Source of the DNA: Dehalococcoidia bacterium
GTDB lineage: Bacteria; Chloroflexota; Dehalococcoidia; DSTF01; JALHUB01
Direction of reading: 5' to 3'
DNA: 40,062 nucleotides
Assembly: GCA_022865685.1 (NCBI GenBank)
Contig: JALHUB010000122.1
Span: forward strand, 1-40,062
Numbering within the stretch: the stretch's first letter is position 1; each line of letters begins with the position of its first letter. Positions 1-8,386 of this stretch are shown here, in pieces. The notes beneath the pieces are model-generated. The model made no database searches and was not told the DNA's origin. It worked only from the letters and a program-made list of their open reading frames with translations. The translations under genes and the position numbers were made by a program.

Positions 1-497
1 AGGGCGAATGCGAGCTGCCGCGCCTGGAACGGCTGCAGGCCGATCGCCGGGTCGACCTGCGCGCGTCGAATGAGCTCCGGCGACTTTGCCGCGACCTCTT
101 CGATCTCCATGCCGCCGGCCGCGCTTGCCATCACGACGGGGCAGCCGGCCGCGTTGTCGATGATGACGCTCAGGTACAGTTCGTACTCCGGCTTGAGCTG
201 CTCCTCGACGAGCACGCTGCGCACGAGCCGGCCCTCGGGTCCCGTCTGCGGCGTCACCAGCGTCATGCCGATGATCCGCGCCGCCGCCTCTTCGGCCTGC
301 TGCGGCGTGTCCGCGAGGGCGATGCCGCCACCCTTGCCTCGTCCGCCGGCGTGAACCTGCGCCTTGATGACGACCGGCGCTGCCAGCTCCTCGGCGATGC
401 GTCGCGCCTCCGCGGCCGTAGTGGCGACGTCGCCCCTGGGCACGGGGACGCCGTGGTCGGCGAGGATGCGCTTCGCCTGGTATTCGTGGACCTTCAT
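1..497 (-). CDS. sucC: succinyl-CoA synthetase beta subunit, N-terminal part (gene runs off the left edge of the window)
   Basis: The ORF is open-ended, so it is absent from the ORF track. The reverse complement from the ATG at 497 reads MKVHEYQAKRILADHGVPVPRGDVATTAAEARRIAEELAAPVVIKAQVHAGGRGKGGGI..., a typical SucC ATP-grasp N-terminus. A GGGAG motif lies about 9 nt upstream. Confidence 0.85.
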   Translation of the reverse strand, partial: MKVHEYQAKRILADHGVPVPRGDVATTAAEARRIAEELAAPVVIKAQVHAGGRGKGGGIALADTPQQAEEAAARIIGMTLVTPQTGPEGRLVRSVLVEEQLKPEYELYLSVIIDNAAGCPVVMASAAGGMEIEEVAAKSPELIRRAQVDPAIGLQPFQARQLAFA

Positions 498-543
498 CGT
501 CGACCGCTCCCAGCGATCTGGGGATTTGCCCGTCCTGGGGTCA

Positions 544-633
544 TGGCGGAGGGGGAGGGATTCGAACCCCCGTCGGGACAAGTCCCGAAGCGGTTTTCAA
601 GACCGCCGCCTTAAGCCTCTCGGCCACCCCTCC
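544..633 (-). tRNA. tRNA-Ser (anticodon TGA), CCA encoded
   Basis: The reverse complement is GGAGGGGTGGCCGAGAGGCTTAAGGCGGCGGTCTTGAAAACCGCTTCGGGACTTGTCCCGACGGGGGTTCGAATCCCTCCCCCTCCGCCA. It has a 7-bp acceptor stem, an anticodon arm GCGGT-CTTGAAA-ACCGC, a long variable arm and a GTTCGAATC T-loop. Confidence 0.9.
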
Positions 634-776
634 GGGCGTCGCCAGTATAGGTTAGGGCGGGAGCCGGGTCAATGCAGGCTCCGAACGCAGCCGAAACCGC
701 GCATGGCGGAAGACCATTGACAGAGCAGCATGGGAGCCATAAGCTCTGTCGCGAGCCTAAAGTTCCAGGATGTTAC

Positions 777-1964
777 ATGCTAGACGCCGACAGGGTACGG
801 CAAAGCGAACTTCGTCTTCATGCATGGGTCGCGGTTTGGTTGGCGCCCCGCAATCTTGTCGCCGTTTTCCTCGGGATCATCCTGCTGAATAGTATCGAGT
901 CCTTCATCCCTGGGCTCGCCCTGAGTTACAGGTTCTTCCAGCACGATAGTTTCACGAGAATCCTCGATCCCGAAGAACTGCGGTACGTGCTATTCTTCGG
1001 TGTTCTGGCTAGTCCAGCCCTCGTGGTTGCGTATCTTCGCATGCCGTCGCTGATCGCGGACACTTTTGACGGTTTAGACAGCAATGACGTGTTCCGCTCG
1101 TTTCCTTGCAATGAATCAGTCACCGACGCGAACGCGAGCAGGGTGTTTGCTGAGTGTCTTTCCGGTCAGTCGTTGGAACGGAGATTCGTACGCAAAGTCG
1201 AAGACTGTTTGAGCATGCCTGCGTGGAGTGCGCTTGCCCTTGGAGCTGTGCTTGTTGGAGCTGTCTGGTGGCAAGTAAGAGTAATCCCTGATCTAACCGT
1301 GACAGACTATTGGTGGCACGTTAGCCGGGGCTACTACTGGGTTGTCTGGTTGCCCGCTACTCTCCTTTACTTCTATTTGGCTGCCGTTACGACTCTCAGG
1401 GCTGTTGTGGGCGCTATTGGTCTGGGACTCCTCTTCCACAAGTTCGAGACGGTATTCCAGCCCATGCATTCTGACGGAAAGGGAGGACTTGCCCCCGTTA
1501 GCAGATTCATCCTTATCATAGCTCTTGCCCTGTTTGTCGCAGTCCTGACCAGTGTCGTCTGGGGGCTGCCGGGCATCCTGGGCGGATCGCCTGAAGCCGC
1601 AGTAATACCGCTCCTGTTCTCGGCGTCGTACGTCGTAATCGCGCCAGCCATCCTCTTCTTCCCCCTGTGGTCGGCCCGCCAGAGCATGCGTAGAGCCGCA
1701 GAACGGGAGCTTGGGCGGATTGAGAGTGAATACACAGCGGTGACAAGGAGAATCGGGGACCCCCTGGCGTCGCCGCAATCGTCTGAGAGGGTCGCGCCGT
1801 TGCTCCAGTACCAGGCTAACCTTCTTCGATGGCGCGACGTAACGCTGTCGCGACTCGGCGCATGGCCCATAGGTCTTCCGGCGGCTATTCTCACCGGCCT
1901 GTCCGTCCTCGGATGGCTGTTGGGAACCGCGGGCTCAATCGTCACGCTGCTCGGGCTGTTCTGA
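777..1964 (+). CDS. hypothetical polytopic membrane protein (about 8 predicted TM helices), no family recognised
   Basis: The track ORF is 672..1964. I prefer the ATG at 777 (MLDADRVRQ...) because AGGA lies 6 nt upstream. The protein has several long hydrophobic stretches and a charged helical segment (RQSMRRAAERELGRIESEYTAV) before the last TM helix. The region is A/T-richer than its flanks. Confidence 0.6.
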   Translation: MLDADRVRQSELRLHAWVAVWLAPRNLVAVFLGIILLNSIESFIPGLALSYRFFQHDSFTRILDPEELRYVLFFGVLASPALVVAYLRMPSLIADTFDGLDSNDVFRSFPCNESVTDANASRVFAECLSGQSLERRFVRKVEDCLSMPAWSALALGAVLVGAVWWQVRVIPDLTVTDYWWHVSRGYYWVVWLPATLLYFYLAAVTTLRAVVGAIGLGLLFHKFETVFQPMHSDGKGGLAPVSRFILIIALALFVAVLTSVVWGLPGILGGSPEAAVIPLLFSASYVVIAPAILFFPLWSARQSMRRAAERELGRIESEYTAVTRRIGDPLASPQSSERVAPLLQYQANLLRWRDVTLSRLGAWPIGLPAAILTGLSVLGWLLGTAGSIVTLLGLF

Positions 1965-2008
1965 TGGGACTGCCTCGCGGAGGGAACCGCGGGGTCAACG
2001 CGCAGCAG

Positions 2009-2036
2009 AATGCCCTCGAACGACGTCGAGGGCATT
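2009..2036. terminator. perfect 11-bp inverted repeat between convergent genes (possible bidirectional terminator)
   Basis: AATGCCCTCGA-acgacg-TCGAGGGCATT lies in the 90-bp gap between the stop at 1964 (+) and the stop at 2055 (-). There is no U-tract on either side. Confidence 0.4.
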
Positions 2037-2054
2037 GAGCGGAAATGCGGGTGG

Positions 2055-2408
2055 CTAGTGGCTGGGTTGGGGATGGGGGATGGGCCGCGGCTCGGCCGGC
2101 ACCTTGTTCGTGTCCTCGACGCTCCTTCGCGTGAGCTCATCCCGCAGGATGATCAGCGACTCCGGTGCCTCGATCATGAACTTGATGTGACGGCCTTCCT
2201 TGGTCACGTCTACCGTTATCTCCTCGCCAATCTTGAACCTGACAGTGCAGGCCTCTCGCCCACTTCCATGCGCAGAGACCACCTGGACGTTGATGTCGTC
2301 CCCTATCGTCAGGCTTTCACCGGTTCTCCTTCGTAGAATCAGCCTGCCCACAGCAACACCTCTTCCTCCGGCTGTACCTGCGGAAACGGCCCGGCTCGCC
2401 GGCTCCAC
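2055..2408 (-). CDS. CsrA-like RNA-binding protein with an internal insertion or duplication
   Basis: The core LILRRRTGESLTIGDDINVQVVSAHG ... RHIKFMIEAPESLIILRDEL matches E. coli CsrA ([46 protein letters not shown]). An alternative GTG start at 2351 would give MGRLILRRR..., the usual CsrA N-terminus, with GGAGGAAGAGG upstream. Confidence 0.65.
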   Translation of the reverse strand: MEPASRAVSAGTAGGRGVAVGRLILRRRTGESLTIGDDINVQVVSAHGSGREACTVRFKIGEEITVDVTKEGRHIKFMIEAPESLIILRDELTRRSVEDTNKVPAEPRPIPHPQPSH

Positions 2409-2442
2409 TGACCATTCCTATCATACTCCACAGGCTAATAAT

Positions 2443-2471
2443 ATTATAAATGCCAGAAACTACTGTTGCAA
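2443..2471 (-). promoter_or_regulatory. sigma70-type promoter for the CsrA-like gene
   Basis: The minus strand reads TTGCAA (2471..2466), a 17-nt spacer, then TATAAT (2448..2443). It sits in an A/T-rich intergenic stretch. Confidence 0.5.
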
Positions 2472-2553
2472 TGGCAGATAATGTCCTATATGCTCCGACC
2501 CAGAATCATTCGGGATTCGGATTATTGTTTCTTTCTGCGAGTGAGCAGCCGTC

Positions 2554-2601
2554 GCTGAGGAATGCCTGAGGGGTGGTTGAGTACTGCCCCGGTTCCTCAG
2601 C
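2554..2601 (-). terminator. stem-loop just downstream of the DUF1786 gene stop
   Basis: GCTGAGGAA (2554..2562) pairs perfectly with TTCCTCAGC (2593..2601). An inner GGGG/CCCC pairing is possible. There is no U-tract. Confidence 0.3.
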
Positions 2602-2616
2602 CGTATAGAAATACCG

Positions 2617-3726
2617 TCATTCGGCTGCGGCGGACTTCCCGCCAAGGGCCGCCTCGATTTCTCCTCCCGCCGATGGGTATTTGGCGGCGAAGGCCCGCAA
2701 CAGCCCGAAGCAGCCCGATAGCATCATGTCACCGTGCGGCACCGCGAAATGCGGACGCAGCCGGCTGCCCGCAAGCTTACCGCGCTGCGGGCCCGTGACC
2801 GCGACGAACGGGTCGTCGCCACCCGGCGCCGGCGTCGCGTAATAGACGCCGTGGCCGTTGCCCGCGAATACCTCCTCCTGCGTCAGGCTGCCCGCGACGA
2901 GCCGTTCCGTCAGCGACTCCACGTCGTCACGGCTGAGCAGTCCCGTATGGTGCTCGAACAGGCTGTAGACATAAGTGCCCCGGAGATGAAACGCGAGCGT
3001 GTGCGAGTTCCCCAGGTTGAGCACGGCCTGTCGCTCAGCGGCGGCCACCAGCGGGTCCTGCAGTGCCCCCAGCGCTGCCGCCGGCGCCGTGTCCAGGAAT
3101 ACCGCCGGGGCGTCGGAGCCCGCCGATTTGAGCAGGGCGCGGGCGCGCGTCAGGTAAGGCGGCACGTCCTCCGGAAGGTAGGCGAACGCCATGAGGTCGT
3201 TGTCCTTCTCGACGATGCGCCGGAGGTGCTCGAAGCGAAAGAGCCGGTCGGAGTAGCCGGACGGCGCCGCGCCGTGGTCGAGGCAGGCGAGGGCCAGGCC
3301 GTCGATGCGAGAGTCCACGCCGAGCGACGCAAAAGCAGCCCGCAGCGCGTCGAGATCGAGGTCGCGCAATTCGATGCGCTCCACGCCGTCCATGCGTGCC
3401 GCCTCGTCCTCGCCGACGATGCGCACGCCCCAGCTCGCGACGACTTCGAGGTCGTCGTCGAAGGTCTTCGCCGCGTCGGCTGTCGCAAAGGCGGGCAGGC
3501 CGGCCTGGAGATGTTGCTGGAGGGCCCACGTGCAGGGCCCGCCGCCCATGGTGACGCCTTCGAAGAGGATCCCAGAGCGACGCTCCGTGGCGTTGCGTAT
3601 CCTGCCCGCCACGCGCATCGTCGGGCTGGGCACGACCATCTTGACGCTGTTCTCGACGCGGTCCGACGTGTCGAGCAGCAGGATGTCCTGCGTGCCGGTG
3701 CCGGTGTCAATCGCCAGAATACGCAT
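2617..3726 (-). CDS. DUF1786-family protein (ASKHA/actin-like ATPase fold)
   Basis: The protein starts MRILAIDTGTGTQDILLLD (a phosphate-1 motif of sugar-kinase/actin-fold proteins). Its overall pattern is what I recall for DUF1786. I chose the ATG at 3726, not the track start at 3768, because AAGGAGGAG lies upstream. Confidence 0.6.
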   Translation of the reverse strand: MRILAIDTGTGTQDILLLDTSDRVENSVKMVVPSPTMRVAGRIRNATERRSGILFEGVTMGGGPCTWALQQHLQAGLPAFATADAAKTFDDDLEVVASWGVRIVGEDEAARMDGVERIELRDLDLDALRAAFASLGVDSRIDGLALACLDHGAAPSGYSDRLFRFEHLRRIVEKDNDLMAFAYLPEDVPPYLTRARALLKSAGSDAPAVFLDTAPAAALGALQDPLVAAAERQAVLNLGNSHTLAFHLRGTYVYSLFEHHTGLLSRDDVESLTERLVAGSLTQEEVFAGNGHGVYYATPAPGGDDPFVAVTGPQRGKLAGSRLRPHFAVPHGDMMLSGCFGLLRAFAAKYPSAGGEIEAALGGKSAAAE

Positions 3727-3870
3727 ACTGCCTGGGCTTCTCCTCCTTCGCCGCTGACATTCTAACATCGGCTGCCATCGTCGCCGAAGAACAGCTTGTA
3801 GGGGCTTCTTCGCGTTGCTATCATGAAAGGGTACGCCGGAAGAAACCTAGCCAGGGAAGGAGAGGGACCA

Positions 3871-4158
3871 ATGGCGCTCTACGTAATCCTCAGCAACCTC
3901 ACCGACGAAGGCCGCAAGACGATCAAGTCTCGACCGGAGCGCATCAGGGAGGTCAACAAGGAGATCGAGGCGATGGGTGGCAAGCTGCTCGGCCAGTACG
4001 CCTGCCTCGGCCCCTACGACTTCGTGAACATCATCGAGGCGCCGAGCAACGAGGTCATCGTCCGCATATCAGTGGAGCTGGGCTCGCGCGGGACGCTCCA
4101 GTTGATGACGCTTCCCGCCATGAGCGTCGACGAGTTCATCTCGCGCATAAACGCCTAG
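3871..4158 (+). CDS. GYD-domain protein
   Basis: MALYVILSNLTDEGRKTIKSRPERIREVNKEIEAMGGKLLGQYACLGPYDFVNIIEAPSNE is the typical GYD family signature (G-x-YD). GGAAGGAGAGG lies upstream of the ATG at 3871. Confidence 0.75.
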   Translation: MALYVILSNLTDEGRKTIKSRPERIREVNKEIEAMGGKLLGQYACLGPYDFVNIIEAPSNEVIVRISVELGSRGTLQLMTLPAMSVDEFISRINA

Positions 4159-5438
4159 GCATTAGCCGGCCTGATGACGTCGATGCCCCCCATGTAGGGC
4201 TTCAGCACATCGGGGACGGCGACCGAGCCGTCGCGCTGCTGGTAGTTCTCCAGCACCGCCGCCAGCGTCCGCGGCAGGCCCAGGCCGGAGCCGTTCAGCG
4301 TGTGGACGTATTCCGCCTTCGACCCCCGCTCGCGCCGAAAGCGCAGCCCCGCGCGACGCGCCTGGAAGTCGCCGCAGTTGGAGCACGTGCTCACCTCCAG
4401 CCATTCGCCGCAGCCTGACGCCCAGACATCGATGTCGCAGGCCTGCGTCGCTGAGAAGCCGAGGTCGCCGGTGCAGAGCTGCTTGACGCGGTAGGTCAGG
4501 CTTAGCCCGCGACATACCGCTTCCGCGTCGCCGACCAGCCTCTCGAGCTCGTCGTCCGACGCTTCGGGCGGGCACAGCTTGTACATCTCCACCTTGTCGA
4601 ACTGGTGGCCGCGCTTGATGCCGCGCACGTCGCGGCCGGCGCTCATCTTCTCGCGGCGGAAGCACGGCGTATAGGCGACGTAGTTGAGCGGCAGGACGCC
4701 CGGCTCCAGAATCTCGTCGCGGTGCAGGTTCGTGATCGGCACCTCTGCCGTCGGCACCAGCCAGAGGTCGTCCTCGACGTCGTGGTAGAGGTTGTCGCGG
4801 AACTTGGGGAGCTGAGCCGCGCCCCAGAGGCACTCCTCCTTGACCACGAAGGGCGTGTAGACCTCCGTGTAACCCTGCTTGTCGGTGTGCAGGTCCAGCA
4901 TCCAGGCGATGAGCGCCCGCTCCAATCGCGCGCCGGCGCCCTTGAGCACGTAGAACCGCGACCCGGAAAGCTTCACGCCGCGTTCGAAATCGATGATGCC
5001 CAGCCGCTCGCCGATCTCCCAGTGCGGCCTCGGCTCGAAGTCGAACGGCGGCGGCGCGCCCTCCGTCCGGATGATGACGTTCTGCTCCTCGCCCTCGCCG
5101 ACCGGCGTGTCCGGATGCGGGACGTTCGGGAGGTCGAGGAGGAGGCTCCGCACCCGCTCTTCGATCTCTCTGGCGCGCGGCTCCAGGGCGTCGATGCGCT
5201 CCGACAGCACCCGCGTCTCATCGATGAGGCGCTGCCGCTCCGCTGCGTCCGTCGCCGACCCGACGCGCTTGCCGGTGGCGTTGCGCTCCGCCCGCAGCGA
5301 TTCCAAGTCCACGAGCAGCCCGCGCCGCTCCCCGTCTAGGCGCAGGAGTTCGCCCAGCCCCGTCTCCTCGACGCCGCGGTCTCGCAGGCCCTTGCGGACG
5401 GCGTCCGGGTTGTCGCGGGCGAACTGCAGGCTCAGCAA
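4155..5438 (-). CDS. serS: seryl-tRNA synthetase
   Basis: The 427-aa product has an N-terminal coiled-coil arm (MLSLQFARDNPDAVRKGLRDRG...) and class II core motifs (FRRE, GSGLGLPR). Confidence 0.93.
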   Translation of the reverse strand: MLSLQFARDNPDAVRKGLRDRGVEETGLGELLRLDGERRGLLVDLESLRAERNATGKRVGSATDAAERQRLIDETRVLSERIDALEPRAREIEERVRSLLLDLPNVPHPDTPVGEGEEQNVIIRTEGAPPPFDFEPRPHWEIGERLGIIDFERGVKLSGSRFYVLKGAGARLERALIAWMLDLHTDKQGYTEVYTPFVVKEECLWGAAQLPKFRDNLYHDVEDDLWLVPTAEVPITNLHRDEILEPGVLPLNYVAYTPCFRREKMSAGRDVRGIKRGHQFDKVEMYKLCPPEASDDELERLVGDAEAVCRGLSLTYRVKQLCTGDLGFSATQACDIDVWASGCGEWLEVSTCSNCGDFQARRAGLRFRRERGSKAEYVHTLNGSGLGLPRTLAAVLENYQQRDGSVAVPDVLKPYMGGIDVIRPANA

Positions 5439-5442
5439 CGCA

Positions 5443-5931
5443 TCATCCTCCTGACTCGCGACTCCGCGCTATCGCCCGCAGCGCCAGCAGTCGGACGTCT
5501 TCCGCGATGGCGGCGCTGCGGCCATCTCCGAGCGAAAGCGGCTCGCTCCGTCGAAGCTGGTCTTCGTCGACCCACGTCAGATGGCTGTCGTCGTCGGGAA
5601 GCGCGGGCGGCTCGCCGAGCAGCGCGCATAAGTAGAGGAAATCGATGTGCTGGTGCCGCTCGCCGGGCTCGAAGCTGTTCTCCAGGAGGACGGCGACCGG
5701 CGCCGGTAGCTCTCGCGGGTACTCGATGCCCAGGCTCTGGTCGCTCGGCATGGGACAGACCTCGATGCCTGTCTCCTCGCGGATCTCGCGCAACACCGCC
5801 TCCTGCGGGTCCTCGTTCGGCTCGATGTGTCCGCCGGGAGGTGCCCATCCCTGCATCAGCGGGTGCCAGAGGAGGAGCGTCTTGCCTTCGTGGACGACGA
5901 AGCCGGTGACGGTGAAGTGTTTCTCCATCAA
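5443..5931 (-). CDS. NUDIX hydrolase
   Basis: The Nudix box GGHIEPNEDPQEAVLREIREETGIE is present. The start is either TTG at 5931 or ATG at 5928. Confidence 0.85.
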   Translation of the reverse strand: MMEKHFTVTGFVVHEGKTLLLWHPLMQGWAPPGGHIEPNEDPQEAVLREIREETGIEVCPMPSDQSLGIEYPRELPAPVAVLLENSFEPGERHQHIDFLYLCALLGEPPALPDDDSHLTWVDEDQLRRSEPLSLGDGRSAAIAEDVRLLALRAIARSRESGG

Positions 5932-5937
5932 CAGGCG

Positions 5938-5967
5938 ATTCTAGCAGCCGGAGCGCTGCCGCGTCGA
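5938..5967 (-). promoter_or_regulatory. candidate promoter with extended -10 (TGcTAGAAT) just upstream of the NUDIX start
   Basis: The minus strand reads TCGACG, an 18-nt spacer, then TAGAAT preceded by TGc. The -10 ends only 6-9 nt before the TTG/ATG, so the transcript is possibly leaderless or has a very short leader. Confidence 0.3.
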
Positions 5968-6143
5968 GGGTGTACATTCCATGTGTCTCGCCCACGGACG
6001 GCGGCACGGTCGGCGAGGTGCGGACGCGTCCATGGCATTGAGCCCCGAACCCTTCGCACCGACGATTTCCCCGGAAGGCTGCGGGTTTTCAACCCGCTGA
6101 AGCGCTAACAGCCGGTGCGTGGCGCGTCCACACGACGCCGTAG

Positions 6144-6163
6144 GGGCGCACGGCCGTGCGCCC
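6144..6163 (-). terminator. GC-rich hairpin 5 nt after the HAD gene stop
   Basis: GGGCGCACG-gc-CGTGCGCCC is a perfect 9-bp stem. There is no U-tract. Confidence 0.35.
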
Positions 6164-6168
6164 GTGCA

Positions 6169-6816
6169 TCAGTCCAGCAGCGACAGCGGGAAATCCGACA
6201 GGCGCTCCAGCACCAGGTCCGCTTCCGGCAGCGGCGGCAGCGCCGTCGAGGCCGCGCGCACCTGAATCGTGTACATGCCGGCCGCTTTGGATGCCAGGAC
6301 GCCGGTGCGGCTGTCTTCAAGGACGATGCACTGCGCCGGCTCCACGTGAAGCGCCTTCGCCGTGGATAAGAAGATGTCCGGCGCCGGCTTGCCGTTCTCG
6401 ACGGCGGTGCTGGAGACCGTTACGTCGAAGCAGCCGTCGAGGCCTGTCGATTCGAGAAGCGCCTTCACCCAGTTCGGCCACGACGACGACGCCAGTGCCC
6501 GGGGCACTCCACGCCGCGTCAACTCGGAGAGCAACTCGCGCACGCCCGGCAGCGGGTCGCGCGGCCGGCTGAGCAGCCGCACCATCGTCTGGTCGTAGCG
6601 CGCGACGCATTCGTCGTAAGGGGCCGGCGGCGAGTACTTCTCGAAGACGAAGTCCCACGTAGGCCCAACGGCCGCGCCCAGGAGCTCGTTGTGGTCCTCC
6701 TCGGTGATCGCCAGGCCGAAGTCCTTGAGCACCTCGTTGATGCCCTGGAGATAGAGCGGCTCGCTGTCCGCTAGCACGCCGTCCATGTCGAAGATGACCG
6801 CGCGAAACCCGGCCAC
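6169..6816 (-). CDS. HAD-IA family hydrolase (beta-phosphoglucomutase-like)
   Basis: Motif I is present (VIFDMDGVLADSE), with downstream HAD motifs. The gene lies immediately downstream of lysS. Confidence 0.8.
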   Translation of the reverse strand: MAGFRAVIFDMDGVLADSEPLYLQGINEVLKDFGLAITEEDHNELLGAAVGPTWDFVFEKYSPPAPYDECVARYDQTMVRLLSRPRDPLPGVRELLSELTRRGVPRALASSSWPNWVKALLESTGLDGCFDVTVSSTAVENGKPAPDIFLSTAKALHVEPAQCIVLEDSRTGVLASKAAGMYTIQVRAASTALPPLPEADLVLERLSDFPLSLLD

Positions 6817-6817
6817 G

Positions 6818-8323
6818 CTACTTGCTCCGGAGTTGCGGGAAGAGGATGATCTCGCGGATCGAACGCTTGCCGCTGAGCAGCATGACCAGCCGGTCGATGC
6901 CGATGCCCAGGCCGCCGCAGGGGGGCATGCCGTGCTCCAGGGCGAGGAGGAAGTCCTCGTCGAGCATCTCCACCTCGCGCTCGCCCGCCGCCTTGCGACG
7001 CGCCTGCTCCAGAAAACGCTGCCGCTGGTCGACGGGGTCGTTCAGTTCGGTGTAGGCATTGCCCAGCTCCAGGCCGCCGCCGAACGGCTCGAAGCGCTCG
7101 ACGAGGTCAGGGTTGTCCGGCTTCCGCTTGGCGAGCGGCGACAGCGGCGCGGGGTAGTCCATGAGGAACGTCGGTTGCAGGAGCTTCGGCTCGACGGCGG
7201 CGGACAGCAACTCGTCGACCAGCTTCGCCCAGCCCGCGTCGGGCGCGGCGTCGATGCCCATGTCTCGGACGAGCGTCCGCAGGCCGGGCTCGTCGCGACG
7301 GTAGTGCTCCAGGTCGACGCCCGCGTACTCCTTGAGGGCATCGTGCACGGTCAGCCGCCGCCACGGTGGAGCGAGGTCTATGGTGCCGTCGTCGAAGGGG
7401 ACGAGCGTCGTGCCCAGCGTCTCCTTCGCGACCCACGAGACAAGCTCTTCGACCATCGCCGCCACGTCGTTGTAGTCCGCGTATGCCTCGTACGACTCCA
7501 TCATCGTGAACTCGGGGTTATGCTTCGTCGATATCCCCTCGTTGCGGAAGATGCGCCCGATCTCGAACACCCTGTCGTAGCCGCCGACGATCAGCCGCTT
7601 GAGGTGCAGCTCCATGGCGATGCGCAGGTAGAGGTCGCGGTCCAGCGCCTCGTGGTGCGTGACGAAGGGGTTCGCCGCGGCGCCGCCGGCTTCGGGCATC
7701 AGCACCGGCGTCTCCACTTCCATGAAGCCGCGTCCGACCATGAAGCGGCGTATGGCGTCGATGATGGCGCTGCGGAGGGCAAAGAGCTGCCTCACGTCGT
7801 CGTTGGCGATGAGGTCCAGGTAGCGCTGGCGGTAGCGTGTCTCGGTGTCGACGAGGCCATGCCACTTCTCCGGCAGCGGCTGCAGCGACTTCGCGAGCAG
7901 CGTGTACTCCGCCGCCTCGACCGTTACCTCGCCGGCGCGCGTCCGGAAGAGGCTGCCGCGCACGCCGAGGAAGTCACCGAGGTCGAGATCGCGCAGGCCG
8001 GCGTACGCCTTCTCGCCGAGGACGTCGCTCTTGAGGTAGACCTGTATCTTGCCGGAGCCGTCGCGCAGGTCGACGAACGTGGCCTTCCCCATGTCGCGCT
8101 GGGCCGTCATGCGGCCGGCGGCGACGACCGTGGGTGGCTCGCCGGCGGCGCCCGCCCGCTCCCATTCCACGAACGTCTGCGTCGCCGCTTCGGACGTGTG
8201 CGTGCGATGGAATCGCGGCGGGTAGGGGTCGACGCCGCGCGTGCGCAGTCGCGCCAGTTTTTCGTTTCGCAGTTCGAAGCTTTCCTCGTCGCGAAGAGAC
8301 ATCGTCTTCTCCCGAGTCGACAT
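6818..8323 (-). CDS. lysS: lysyl-tRNA synthetase, class II
   Basis: The 501-aa product has an OB-fold N-domain and class II motifs (FRNEG, GGLGIGIDRLVMLL). Confidence 0.93.
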   Translation of the reverse strand: MSTREKTMSLRDEESFELRNEKLARLRTRGVDPYPPRFHRTHTSEAATQTFVEWERAGAAGEPPTVVAAGRMTAQRDMGKATFVDLRDGSGKIQVYLKSDVLGEKAYAGLRDLDLGDFLGVRGSLFRTRAGEVTVEAAEYTLLAKSLQPLPEKWHGLVDTETRYRQRYLDLIANDDVRQLFALRSAIIDAIRRFMVGRGFMEVETPVLMPEAGGAAANPFVTHHEALDRDLYLRIAMELHLKRLIVGGYDRVFEIGRIFRNEGISTKHNPEFTMMESYEAYADYNDVAAMVEELVSWVAKETLGTTLVPFDDGTIDLAPPWRRLTVHDALKEYAGVDLEHYRRDEPGLRTLVRDMGIDAAPDAGWAKLVDELLSAAVEPKLLQPTFLMDYPAPLSPLAKRKPDNPDLVERFEPFGGGLELGNAYTELNDPVDQRQRFLEQARRKAAGEREVEMLDEDFLLALEHGMPPCGGLGIGIDRLVMLLSGKRSIREIILFPQLRSK

Positions 8324-8386
8324 ATCAAGAGGCGGGCGGCCCCTGCTTTCGGCTCCGCCCGCCGGACCGTTATCTCGACGAATGTG

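Noticed and set aside
544-2616. A tRNA-Ser-targeted integrative element.
   Set aside because: There is no integrase or excisionase. I saw no direct repeat of the tRNA 3' end. The islet lies on the 5' side of the tRNA, whereas integration normally targets the 3' part.
2409-2616. A CsrB-like decoy sRNA with GGA motifs (GGGATTCGGATT, GAGGAATGCCTGAGG) next to the CsrA-like gene.
   Set aside because: There are only a few GGA motifs, not arranged in repeated hairpin loops. The region is better explained as promoter plus 5' UTR of the CsrA-like gene and the 3' hairpin of the DUF1786 gene.
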